DNA of 64,000 bases from Paraburkholderia sp. Lineage in GTDB: Bacteria > Pseudomonadota > Gammaproteobacteria > Burkholderiales > Burkholderiaceae. A program made the translations under genes and the position numbers. Location: contig DATLOW010000024.1 in assembly GCA_035536055.1 (NCBI GenBank), positions 7,599 to 71,598 of the forward strand. The letters run 5' to 3'. The notes beneath the pieces were generated by a model that was not told the origin of the DNA, searched no databases, and worked only from the letters and a program-made list of their open reading frames with translations. Within the stretch, counting starts at the first letter, position 1. Each line of letters starts with the position of its first letter. Of the stretch, positions 1 to 9,364 are shown in pieces.

Positions 1-269
1 TGCACAGCGCCGACGATGCCGATGCCTGGTGGATTTACAGCGCTTACCGGCAAATCGCGCATCGACGTGAAACGCCTGGTCCGTCACGGCGGCATTCATT
101 TCACCGCTTTAACTCCACCGCCTTAATTCCATCTTTACATCGGCCTATAAAACTCAGCACGCTTTTGACATCGAAATCCCTACAGTAGCGGCGTATTTCC
201 ACAACCAAAGTTGACCGATATGTCGCCGCTCCTTCATTCGATCTTCGCGGTCGCGCGCGAGGCGCACTC

Positions 270-350
270 ATGATCGCGCTTGCCGGCCTGCTTGCCGCGG
301 CCCTCTTCGTCTATTTGCTGTACGCACTGGTCAAGCCCGAACGATTTTGA
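270..350 (+). CDS. kdpF: K+-transporting ATPase subunit F (26 aa)
   Basis: Hand-translated MIALAGLLAAALFVYLLYALVKPERF. The YLxYALxxPExF ending is typical of KdpF, and it lies upstream of kdpA. Not in the ORF track. Confidence 0.9.
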   Translation: MIALAGLLAAALFVYLLYALVKPERF

Positions 351-393
351 TCGGCGCAGTGCAGACGCTCAACATCTTTCCGGTTCAACAATC

Positions 394-477
394 ATGAACG
401 ACCTGATTTTCACCGTCGTGTCGATCGCTTTTTTTGCGGTTTCCGCGGCCTTTATCGTCGCGCTGAACAGGATTTAG
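394..477 (+). CDS. Small hydrophobic kdp-associated membrane peptide (27 aa)
   Basis: MNDLIFTVVSIAFFAVSAAFIVALNRI is a single TM helix between kdpF and kdpA. Its stop overlaps the kdpA RBS (AGAGG). Confidence 0.6.
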   Translation: MNDLIFTVVSIAFFAVSAAFIVALNRI

Positions 478-488
478 AGGGAACCGCC

Positions 489-1776
489 ATGTTCGACGAT
501 CTTGTTCAATTTATGCTGGTGCTGATCGCGATGACCGCGATGAGCGCGCTGACGGTCGCGATCGGCAAGTGGCTCGCACGCGTATTTACGCATGAACCGC
601 ATTAGCGCGTTGAGCGCTGGACCTATGCGGTGCTTGGCGTCGATCCGGCCGAGTCGATGCCCTGGCAGCGCTATTCGATGGTGCTGCTGCTCAGCAATGC
701 GGCAATGATGCTGCTCCGCTATCTGCTGTTGCGCGTGCAGGGCCTGCTGCCGTTCGATTCGTTGCAGCGTGCGGCGCAGACGCCGGATCTTGCGTTCAAC
801 ACGGCGGCTTCGTTCATCACCAATACGAACTGGCAGTCGTATTCGGGAGAATCGAGCCTTTCCAACTTTTCGCAAATGGCCGTCAATACGTTTCTAATGA
901 TGCTCAGCGCGGTGACCGGCGTGGCCGCATGCGGCGGCTATATCCGCGGGCTGTGTCGCAGGAGCGCGCAGGATATCGGCAACTACTGGGTCGACTTCAC
1001 GCGCGTGCTGTATCGCGTGCTGCTGCCGCTTTCGTCTGTGATGGCGCTCGTCTACTATGGCAAGGCATGCCGCAGACGCTTTCCAGCGAAGCCGTGGCGA
1101 CCACGCTGGAAGGCGTGCAGCAGCACATCCTGATGGGCCCGGTGGCGAGCCTCGAGTCGATCAAGCACCTCGGCACCAACGGCGGCGGCTTCTTCGGCAT
1201 GAACGCTGCGCACCCGTACGAGAACCCGACGCCGCTCACCAACACGCTGCATATCCTGAGCATGCTGCTGATTCCAGCCGCGCTCACCTACGCGGCAGGC
1301 AGCATGCTGATGCGCCGCCGTCAGGGCTGGTCGTTTTATGCGACGTTTCTGATCATGTTCATCGGCGCGCTCGCGATCGTCTATACGGCCGAACAGCACG
1401 GCAACCTGAATCTCGCGCGGCTCAACGTCGATCAGCATGCGTCCGCGCTGCAGGCGCGGCAATATGGAAGGCAAGGAAACGCGCTTTGGCATCGGCCAGA
1501 CCAGCCTGTTCGTCGCGGTGACCACTGCGGCTACGACTGGTTCGGTGGATGCGATGCACGATTCGCTGACGCCGATCGGCGGTCTTGTGCCGATCGCCGA
1601 GATGATGCTGAACAACGTGTTTGGCGGCGACGGCGTCGGCTTTATCAACCTGATCACGTTTGCGATTCTGACGGTGTTTATCGTCGGCATGATGATCGGC
1701 CGCACCCCGGAATTTCTCGGCAAGAAGATCGAGGCGCGCGAGATGAAGTTCGTGATGCTCGCGCATCCGCTGGTCG
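489..1776 (+). pseudogene. kdpA: Disrupted K+-transporting ATPase subunit A
   Basis: KdpA motifs ([43 protein letters not shown]) are spread over three frames. In-frame TAG at 603-605, frameshifts near 1057 and 1455, and truncation near 1775. Confidence 0.93.
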
Positions 1777-1944
1777 CTGATCATCATCGCGTTGATCCCG
1801 CTGGCGTTGAAAGGCGTGCGCTATCGTGCCGAACCGGCGCAGCGCCTGTTGTCGCGTAACTTGTTAATCTACGGAGTGGGAGGTGTGATCGCTCCGTTCA
1901 TCGGAATCAAGCTGATCGATATCGCGATCACACTGCTTTCTTAA
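1777..1944 (+). pseudogene. kdpB: C-terminal remnant of K+-transporting ATPase subunit B
   Basis: Hand-translated [55 protein letters not shown], matching the KdpB C-terminus and joined directly to truncated kdpA. Confidence 0.9.
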
Positions 1945-1952
1945 GGCTTCCG

Positions 1953-2000
1953 ATACACTTTTTTTACGGTGCGTGTGGAGGTTTTTACAGCATTTTTATG
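1953..2000 (+). promoter_or_regulatory. Putative KdpE-binding T-rich direct repeats upstream of kdpD
   Basis: ATACACTTTTTTTACG and TTTTTA-N5-TTTTTA resemble the E. coli KdpE box TTTATACTTTTTTTACA. Confidence 0.45.
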
Positions 2001-2016
2001 GGGCGATGTGAAGCAG

Positions 2017-4683
2017 ATGCGCACCGCTTCCGCACGCGAAGCCGAAGCGTCCGGAAACGAAGCAGGAAGCAATAAACGCGGCAGGCTGAAACTGTTCTTC
2101 GGTGCTTGCCCAGGGGTGGGAAAAACCTGGGCAATGCTGCAGGCTGCGCGCCGACGGCGCGATGAAGGCGTCGACGTCGCGTTGGGCGAAATCGACACGC
2201 GCGGCCGCGAGCCACTCAGGCGGCTGATCGACGGCATGCAGACGCTGCCGCCGAAGTACGTGCAGCATCATGGGCGGCTGGTGCGCGAGTTCGATGTGGA
2301 CGGTGCGCTGGCCGCGCATCCGCAACTGATCGTGATCGACGAACTCGCATGCGCAAACCTGCCCGGCGGGCGGCATGCGAAGCGCTGGCAGGACGTCGAT
2401 ATGCTGCTTGCGGCCGGTATCGACGTGTATGCGACGCTCGATGTGCAGAATCTCGAGAGTCTGAGCGAGAGCGCGAGCAACATCGTCGGGGTGCGGGCCG
2501 GCGAGACGGTGCCCGACCGCCTGTTTTTCGATGCTACCGACGTGATGCTGGTCGATCTGCCGCCGGACGATCTTCTTGCGCGCCTGTTGTCGGGCAACGT
2601 GTCGCTGCCGCCCGCGGCGGAAGTTGCGCGCAGCAACTATCTGCGCAGAACCAATCTGCTCGCACTACGCGAACTGGCGCTGCGTTGCGTGGCCGATCGC
2701 GTCAATGCGGACGTGCACGGACAGCGTCTGAAAGGCCGTTTGCGCACCGCGCTGGCCGAGCGTGAGCGGATCATGGTGTGCATTCGCGCGGATGCGGCGC
2801 ACGAGAAGCTGATTCACGAGGGAGCGCGTCTTGCGCAGCATTTGCGCGCCGAATGGCTAGTCGTGCACGTCGATCAGCCGGATAGCGGGCGCAATGCGCA
2901 TACGCGCCAGACGCTGCTCGCACTCGCGAATCTCGCCGATAGCCTTGGTGCCGAATTCGCGAGCCTGCCCGGCGAAGACGTGGCCGGCACCTTGCTCGAG
3001 TATTCGCACGAGCGCGGCGCGACGCGGCTCGTGCTTGGCCACGGCAGTTCGCGCGGCCGCTGGCGTATGCCGTGGCAAACGCAGATCGCGCAGCGCATCG
3101 CGCGCGCCGACCCGCAACTCGGGCTGCTGCTGGTCGGTACCGGCGAAGCCGATGCGCAGCGCGCGAAGCCGCCGCTGCAAAGCGCCGCGGAAACGCGCCT
3201 GAACGGCCTGATTCTGGCGTTTCTCGCCTGCGCGTTGACGACCTTCGTCGCCAGCGTGCTGCTGCACTTTTTTGCCACGCCGAACGTCGTAATGCTGTTC
3301 ATGCTGAACGTCGTGCTGCTGTCGTTGCGGCTCGGACGCGTGGCGGGCGCATGGGCAGCGTTGCTAAGCGTGGCCAGCTTCGATTTCTTTTTCGTCGATC
3401 CACGCTTTTCGTTTGCGGTGTCCGATACGCAATATCTGTTCACGTTCGTGCTGATGCTGACCGTCGCGCTGGTGACGAGCCAGTTGTCGGCGCGCCTGCG
3501 TTACAAGGCCAAGGTCGCGACGGCCGGCGAACGGCGCGCGACTGCAGTGGCGCGAGTGGCACGCGATCTGTCGAGCGCCATCCAGACCGCGCAGATCGCG
3601 GCGGTATGCCGTCAAACCATCGCGCCGTTGTTCGACGCCCAGGTTGCACTGGTGCTGCCCGATGCGAAAGACCAGCTTGCGTGCGAGGTCGTCGACGCAT
3701 TTGTCGATACCTCGGTGGCGCAATGGACCTACGATCACGCCGAAGCCGCCGGCGCCGGCACACAGACACTGGGCGGCGCGAGCGCACTCTATCTACCGCT
3801 GAAAGGGCCGATGCGCACGCGCGGCGTGCTGGCGATTTGCGCCGAGCATGGCAGCAAGTTGTCGAGCGATGCCGACGACCGGCGTCTGCTCGAAGCATGT
3901 TGTTCGCTGATTGCGCTAGCGCTCGAACGCACACACTTCATCGAAATCGCGCAGGACACGCAGGTACGGATGGAAGGCGAGCGGTTGCGCAACGCCCTGC
4001 TGGCTGCGGTATCGCACGATCTGAAGACACCGTTGACCGCGATACGGGGTCTTGCGGAAACGCTGGAGCGCGTCAGCGATTTGCCGGAGGCCGAGCGCAT
4101 CGCCGCGTCGCGCGCGATTCGCTTGCAGTCGGAGGAGTTGCACCGGCTGGTGACCAACCTGCTGGATCTGGCGCGTATGCAAAGCGAAGGCGTGCGGCTC
4201 AACAAGGAATGGCACGCACTGGGCGAAATCGCCGGCAGCGCGCTGGCGCGCCTTGGCACCACGCTTGCCGCCCACCGTGTACGCACCGAACTGCCCGCGG
4301 ATCTGCCGTTGATCGAAATCGACGCGATTGCGTTTGAACGCGTACTGGTCAATCTGGTCGACAACGCGGTCAAGTACACGCCGTCGGGATCGACGATTCA
4401 GATTCGCGCACGCGCGATGGGAGACACGATGCATCTGTTTGTCGAAGACGATGGACCGGGTTTGCAGAACCTCGACCCCGAACAGTTTTTCGAAGCATTC
4501 ACACGCGGCGTGCGCGAGTCGACGATCTCCGGCGTGGGGCTCGGGCTCGCGCTGTGCCGCACGATCGTCGACGCGCATGAAGGATCGATCCAGGCAGAGC
4601 AGCGTTTGCCCCAGGGTACGCGCTTTGAAATCAGGCTGCCGCTTGGCGCACCGCCTGAAATAGAACAGGAGACGTTCGCTTGA
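2017..4683 (+). CDS. kdpD: Sensor histidine kinase KdpD
   Basis: RGRLKLFFGACPGVGKT Walker A domain, RHAKRWQDV, Usp domain, 4 TM helices, GAF, SHDLKTPL HisKA and HATPase. The ORF is open from 1969. Confidence 0.95.
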   Translation: MRTASAREAEASGNEAGSNKRGRLKLFFGACPGVGKTWAMLQAARRRRDEGVDVALGEIDTRGREPLRRLIDGMQTLPPKYVQHHGRLVREFDVDGALAAHPQLIVIDELACANLPGGRHAKRWQDVDMLLAAGIDVYATLDVQNLESLSESASNIVGVRAGETVPDRLFFDATDVMLVDLPPDDLLARLLSGNVSLPPAAEVARSNYLRRTNLLALRELALRCVADRVNADVHGQRLKGRLRTALAERERIMVCIRADAAHEKLIHEGARLAQHLRAEWLVVHVDQPDSGRNAHTRQTLLALANLADSLGAEFASLPGEDVAGTLLEYSHERGATRLVLGHGSSRGRWRMPWQTQIAQRIARADPQLGLLLVGTGEADAQRAKPPLQSAAETRLNGLILAFLACALTTFVASVLLHFFATPNVVMLFMLNVVLLSLRLGRVAGAWAALLSVASFDFFFVDPRFSFAVSDTQYLFTFVLMLTVALVTSQLSARLRYKAKVATAGERRATAVARVARDLSSAIQTAQIAAVCRQTIAPLFDAQVALVLPDAKDQLACEVVDAFVDTSVAQWTYDHAEAAGAGTQTLGGASALYLPLKGPMRTRGVLAICAEHGSKLSSDADDRRLLEACCSLIALALERTHFIEIAQDTQVRMEGERLRNALLAAVSHDLKTPLTAIRGLAETLERVSDLPEAERIAASRAIRLQSEELHRLVTNLLDLARMQSEGVRLNKEWHALGEIAGSALARLGTTLAAHRVRTELPADLPLIEIDAIAFERVLVNLVDNAVKYTPSGSTIQIRARAMGDTMHLFVEDDGPGLQNLDPEQFFEAFTRGVRESTISGVGLGLALCRTIVDAHEGSIQAEQRLPQGTRFEIRLPLGAPPEIEQETFA

Positions 4684-5381
4684 AAAAGCCGCGCATTCTG
4701 ATTATCGAAGACGAAGCGGATATCCGGCGCTTTATCCGCATGTCGCTGGAGCGCGAAGGCATGACCGTGTTCGAAGCGGGGACGGCGGCGGCCGCGCGGG
4801 TGGAAAGCGCGAGCCGGCAGCCGGAGCTGCTGATCGTCGACCTGGGGTTGCCGGACGAAGATGGCAAGGTGCTGATTCGCGAGTTGCGCAGCTGGTCGCG
4901 CGCGCCGGTGCTGGTGTTGTCGGCGCGCGATCGCGAAACCGAGAAGGTCGATGCGCTGAACACCGGAGCGGACGATTACCTGACCAAACCGTTCGGCGTG
5001 CCCGAGCTGATTGCGCGGGTCCGTGCGCAGCTGCGGCGCGCGAACCTGGTAGCCAACGATGGGCCGGCCGCATCGACAGTGCGCTTTGGCGACGTGCGCG
5101 TCGATCTGGCGACTTATGAGGTGCGGCGCAACGGTGCCGCCGTGCATTTGACACCGACCGAATTCCGGGTGCTCGCCGCATTGATTCGTGGCTACGGCAA
5201 GGTGATTACTTATCGGCAGCTACTGCTCGATGTGTGGGGGCCGGGCTACGCGGACCGGCCGCAGTATCTGCGCGTGTATATGGTGACGCTGCGGCAGAAG
5301 CTCGAAGACGATCCGACGCAGCCGCGGCATTTGATGACGGAACTGCAGGTTGGCTATCGGTTAGCAGGCCTGGTGACGTGA
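4680..5381 (+). CDS. kdpE: Response regulator KdpE (OmpR family)
   Basis: REC domain (DLGLPD, GADDYLTKPF) plus wHTH (YLRVYM..LRQKLE.DP..P). Overlaps the kdpD stop. Confidence 0.93.
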   Translation: MKKPRILIIEDEADIRRFIRMSLEREGMTVFEAGTAAAARVESASRQPELLIVDLGLPDEDGKVLIRELRSWSRAPVLVLSARDRETEKVDALNTGADDYLTKPFGVPELIARVRAQLRRANLVANDGPAASTVRFGDVRVDLATYEVRRNGAAVHLTPTEFRVLAALIRGYGKVITYRQLLLDVWGPGYADRPQYLRVYMVTLRQKLEDDPTQPRHLMTELQVGYRLAGLVT

Positions 5382-5434
5382 TGCGCCGGTGTTCCGCGAA
5401 GAAGCACTGTAGTGCGTCTGATACGGGACGCTCG

Positions 5435-7126
5435 TTACGACACGCGACCCCGTTTGTCCTTTCGCGACGTTATAAGTTCGCTCAACAACTGATAAAGTCT
5501 CGCCGGTGCGAGCGGCTTGTGAATCTGTTGATAGCCGCTTCCGCTCACCTCCCGCAAACTGTCGGGCGCAGTTTCGCCGGTGATGATCACGGCGGGAATA
5601 TCCGTTCCGAAGCGTGCCTGGAGATCCTGAATGACGCTGATCCCCGACACACCTTCACGTAGCCGATAGTCGACCAGAAAGGCGTCTGGCCTGCGCGCAT
5701 GGCGAATCAGCCCTTGCGTGGCCTCCTCCAGGGTTTCCGTGCAGACCGTTTCGCAGCCCCACTGCGACAACAGCGTATGCATACCGTCGAGGATTTCCGG
5801 TTCATCGTCTACCACGGCGATCAGACTGCCCTCGACCGCGCCCGTCGAAACAGCTTCGCTTGAGACCCCGTGTGCAGCCGTCAGGCGTGGCGCGTTTCCG
5901 ACCGGAATCTCGAAGCTGAACACAGATCCCGATTGCGGCTCCGACGCAACATGCACTTCGGCCCCCAACAATTTTGCCGTGCGCTTTACGATTGCGAGAC
6001 CCAGACCTAAGCCTTTTCTGCGGTCGCGTTCGGGATTGCCGAGCTGATAAAACTCCTCGAAAATCCGCTCCGTCTGGTGGGTCGGGATTCCGATACCGGT
6101 ATCCCATACCTGCAGCCGAAGCTTGCGCGCGCGGCGTCGGCAACCCACTAGCACGCGCCCACCGCATGGCGTATAGCGAATCGCATTCGCGATCAGGTTG
6201 CGCAGGATCTGCTCGAGAAGGATCGCGTCGCTGAACGCGTGAGCCTTGCTGGCAGCGATCCTGAGCGTCACGCCTTTCTCCATGGCGAGCGGCTCATATT
6301 CGACTCGCAACCGCGAAAACACCGCCTCGATCGGAAAGTGACTCAACACCGGCTGGACGACGCCGGCATCGAGCTTGGAAATATCCAGTAGCTTGTTGAA
6401 GAGTTCTTCCAGTGTTTCGATACAGTCGTTGATCTTGCCGACGATCGGCAGTGCGGCGGGCTCCCGCACGACCGAGCCGAGGCCCGCGGCAAACAAACCG
6501 AGCGCGTGCAATGGTTGGCGCAGGTCGTGACTGGCGGCCGCAAGAAACTGTGACTTGGCCCGGTTGGCGGCTTCCGCTTCACGCCGCGCCTCATCGTGTT
6601 TGCTCACCTCCTGCTCCAATGCTTCGGTGACGTGCTGCAGCGCTTTGAGCGGAAGCACGCGAAGGACAAAGAATACGGCGGTGCCCATCAACAGACCCAG
6701 CAGTCCCACGGCGATGGTATTGCGCACCACCGCGCGCATTGAACGGGTAACTTCAAGATATCCGGTCACTCTGCCTGCATCGTAGAGTTCGACGGTACGC
6801 ACGATTCGTGGCCACGCAGGCGGCGTCCCGGCGCTATCCACCGTTTGACGGTTCAGGTTCAGGATCCGGTTGTATTGGCCCGTCCGGATCGGCGGGTCGC
6901 GAGACAGCGCTTCGTGCAGGCTGTGCTCGTAAAACGTCCACAAGTCCGGATTCGCGCCGATGAACTGGCTCAATAGCCCGGCGCGGATTTGCGCTTCGGT
7001 ATCGGTCTGGCTTTCGAGTGCTCCATACGCGACCCGAAAATACCCCCACGGCAGAGCTATCGTCAAAATCAATGCAACGATGGTAGCAATCCGCGTAACA
7101 GTGACGGCGACCTCGTTTCGGACCAT
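5435..7126 (-). CDS. Membrane-bound hybrid sensor histidine kinase with receiver domain
   Basis: Two TM helices, AASHDLRQPL H-box, DTGIGI and GLGLGL G-boxes, and a C-terminal REC domain (VVDDE, LVDYRL). Confidence 0.92.
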   Translation of the reverse strand: MVRNEVAVTVTRIATIVALILTIALPWGYFRVAYGALESQTDTEAQIRAGLLSQFIGANPDLWTFYEHSLHEALSRDPPIRTGQYNRILNLNRQTVDSAGTPPAWPRIVRTVELYDAGRVTGYLEVTRSMRAVVRNTIAVGLLGLLMGTAVFFVLRVLPLKALQHVTEALEQEVSKHDEARREAEAANRAKSQFLAAASHDLRQPLHALGLFAAGLGSVVREPAALPIVGKINDCIETLEELFNKLLDISKLDAGVVQPVLSHFPIEAVFSRLRVEYEPLAMEKGVTLRIAASKAHAFSDAILLEQILRNLIANAIRYTPCGGRVLVGCRRRARKLRLQVWDTGIGIPTHQTERIFEEFYQLGNPERDRRKGLGLGLAIVKRTAKLLGAEVHVASEPQSGSVFSFEIPVGNAPRLTAAHGVSSEAVSTGAVEGSLIAVVDDEPEILDGMHTLLSQWGCETVCTETLEEATQGLIRHARRPDAFLVDYRLREGVSGISVIQDLQARFGTDIPAVIITGETAPDSLREVSGSGYQQIHKPLAPARLYQLLSELITSRKDKRGRVS

Positions 7127-7134
7127 GTCAACGA

Positions 7135-8040
7135 CTACTGTTTTGGCTTGTCGACCACGGCATGCCCGGTTTTCTCGAGAATTTCCTGGCCGTCCTTCGA
7201 TTTGACGAACGCGATGAACTGTTGCGCGGCGGAGGACGATCGGGAACCGGTAATCAGGAACACGGACTTGTAGTAAGGGTAACGTCCATCTGCGACGGAT
7301 TGCGGCGAAGGCTCGACGCCGTCGAGCTTCAACGGCCGCATCTTGCGGTGCTCCGTCACGATCAGACTCAGCGTGGAGGTACCGAACGCGCCGGGAATGT
7401 CTTCGATCGCCGCAGCATTTTCTTGCGCGTTCGATTTGACGATCATGCCGGGCCTTCCCTCGAGCGCCGTCATCGCCTCGTCGATGCGGGGGGAGATCCG
7501 TTTGACGATCGCGTTGTCCGACTCATTGGCAGGCCGCATGATGATGCGGATGCGCGACGCCGGCGCATCGGCCTGGGAAAGATTCCGGTCTATATAGCGC
7601 GACCAGTCGGGATCCTTTTGCTGGTAAGTGTCCCAATAGATACTCTGTAATTGGCTAGTACTCAGTCCGCTGACCGGTGTACCCATTCCCACCACGAAGA
7701 CGAACGGCGTGCGCGCGACCTCGGTTTCCTTGACGCCATTGTGTTGCTCGCTTTCGCTCAACGGCACACTGCTGACGCCGATGTCGATCGCGCCTTCCGT
7801 TGCAGCGCGGATTCCGCCGGCAGAGCCCAGACTCGCAGCGAGCACGGTAATTTTCGGCGTGTCGTGCGTCTGGTTGTAGCGCTCGGCGAGCAGACGCATG
7901 GTTCCCATGGCAGGGCCCGCGCCGCCGACCTTGACTTCATCCGCGACCGCAAGCGAACTGAACAGCAGGGTGCACGCAAGTCCTGTATTAACAAGCAGGC
8001 TGCGCCATGGTGAATCCGAATTGCGTCGTCCCAGCATCAC
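7135..8040 (-). CDS. Periplasmic PstS-like substrate-binding protein
   Basis: Signal peptide, SLGSAGGI..A..G.IDIGVSS and G.YPY motifs of the phosphate-binding protein superfamily. Co-oriented with the kinase 8 bp downstream. Confidence 0.8.
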   Translation of the reverse strand: MMLGRRNSDSPWRSLLVNTGLACTLLFSSLAVADEVKVGGAGPAMGTMRLLAERYNQTHDTPKITVLAASLGSAGGIRAATEGAIDIGVSSVPLSESEQHNGVKETEVARTPFVFVVGMGTPVSGLSTSQLQSIYWDTYQQKDPDWSRYIDRNLSQADAPASRIRIIMRPANESDNAIVKRISPRIDEAMTALEGRPGMIVKSNAQENAAAIEDIPGAFGTSTLSLIVTEHRKMRPLKLDGVEPSPQSVADGRYPYYKSVFLITGSRSSSAAQQFIAFVKSKDGQEILEKTGHAVVDKPKQ

Positions 8041-8150
8041 GTTCTCCCTGTTTCAGTATCGTCACGCGACAGGACCGTGCTAACCGCCAATCTTCAATGT
8101 TCCGTAATCCGTTTCAATTCGTAGTCTAGTTGCGTATTTGAAAATGGAAA

Positions 8151-8166
8151 TAGTCCTTTCGGACTA
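8151..8166. promoter_or_regulatory. Perfect inverted repeat TAGTCC-N4-GGACTA, candidate NarL-family regulator site
   Basis: A 6-4-6 palindrome in the AT-rich divergent promoter region between the binding protein and cupin genes. Confidence 0.55.
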
Positions 8167-8282
8167 CTACTGCGCTATCTACAATGATTTCAGTTATTGC
8201 CGTCGATACGTTGTAGAAGTTAATTCCGGGGTTACTGATTGTCTTGATTGAATGACTTGCAATTGCGTCTCGGAGGAAAACC

Positions 8283-9308
8283 GTGAACGCTACCCCTCAG
8301 GTCAATATTAAGCATTTAAGGGACTTTGTCGCCGATGTCAGGGCGACGAGCGATCCGCAGCACCCGAACTTCGAACGCAAAAAGATCGACTGGGGCATAA
8401 CCGAGCCGCATCTGACCGTCGAGATCCTGTCGATCGCACCCGGCAAAGAGACGCCCGCTCATTACTATGCGGACCAGGCCGAACTGGTGATTTGCTGGCG
8501 CGGTCGCGGAACGGTTTCCATCGCGTTGCAGCAGTCGGATGGATCGGGCTGGGAGCCGCCGATAGCGGATGCGCCGGATTCGAACGGCATTCATATCGCC
8601 CCCGGCGACACGCTGGTCATTCCGAAGCATGCCGTGCACAAGTTTGCTGCACTCGCACAGGAGCGAAAGAGCGTTCAACATCCGTTTCCGAAGGCCAATC
8701 AGAATCCGCAAGTGTGGGCGGTCGAAAAGCTTGTTCTGCTGCTGGTGCGCATTCCGGACATCGGTGCAGCGTACACCGAGGTCGACTCGTTTCCCGGTGG
8801 TTTCATGCAAGTGCTGAGCAGCGATGCGTTGACGTCGTACAAGCGCAAGATCCTCGACTACCTTGGATTCGAACTCGACCCGACGGTGATATGCGTGAGG
8901 TCCAAGATCTGGGGCAAGGAGGGACTCGTCGCGGGTGGCGCAACGGATTTCGCCAAGCCCGTGTTTCACTTTACGGCGTATACATTCGTGCCCGAGCAGG
9001 AAAACCCGGAACACTTCCACCCGAAAAGCGTTGAACTCGTGATGTGCTGGCTGGGGCGCGCCGTTATGACAGTCAGGCCATCGCAAAACCCCAAGAACGC
9101 CGGCAATGCCAAATGGGACAACGCACTGGTGGAACGAGAGCTGACAGAGGGCGACCTCGTGCTCGTTCCGAAAGGCGCACTGCATTGGTACGCCGTTTCA
9201 GGCGCAGAGGATCTTGTGCTGCTCGCGCTGCAGACTCCCCATCCTGTTCTGCACGTTCTTGAAGATGATTCTCCCGGCAGCAGCCTGGATGCAGCGAAAA
9301 CGGGCTGA
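8283..9308 (+). CDS. Bicupin protein
   Basis: Two cupin motif pairs: PAHYYADQAE..GDTLVIPKHAVH and PEHFHPKSVE..GDLVLVPKGALH. GGAGG RBS before the GTG start. Confidence 0.8.
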   Translation: MNATPQVNIKHLRDFVADVRATSDPQHPNFERKKIDWGITEPHLTVEILSIAPGKETPAHYYADQAELVICWRGRGTVSIALQQSDGSGWEPPIADAPDSNGIHIAPGDTLVIPKHAVHKFAALAQERKSVQHPFPKANQNPQVWAVEKLVLLLVRIPDIGAAYTEVDSFPGGFMQVLSSDALTSYKRKILDYLGFELDPTVICVRSKIWGKEGLVAGGATDFAKPVFHFTAYTFVPEQENPEHFHPKSVELVMCWLGRAVMTVRPSQNPKNAGNAKWDNALVERELTEGDLVLVPKGALHWYAVSGAEDLVLLALQTPHPVLHVLEDDSPGSSLDAAKTG

Positions 9309-9364
9309 GCCGTCGTAAGGCTGTTTCGACGCAGGAAGCTGTCTCTTTGATTGAGGAGACGTCG

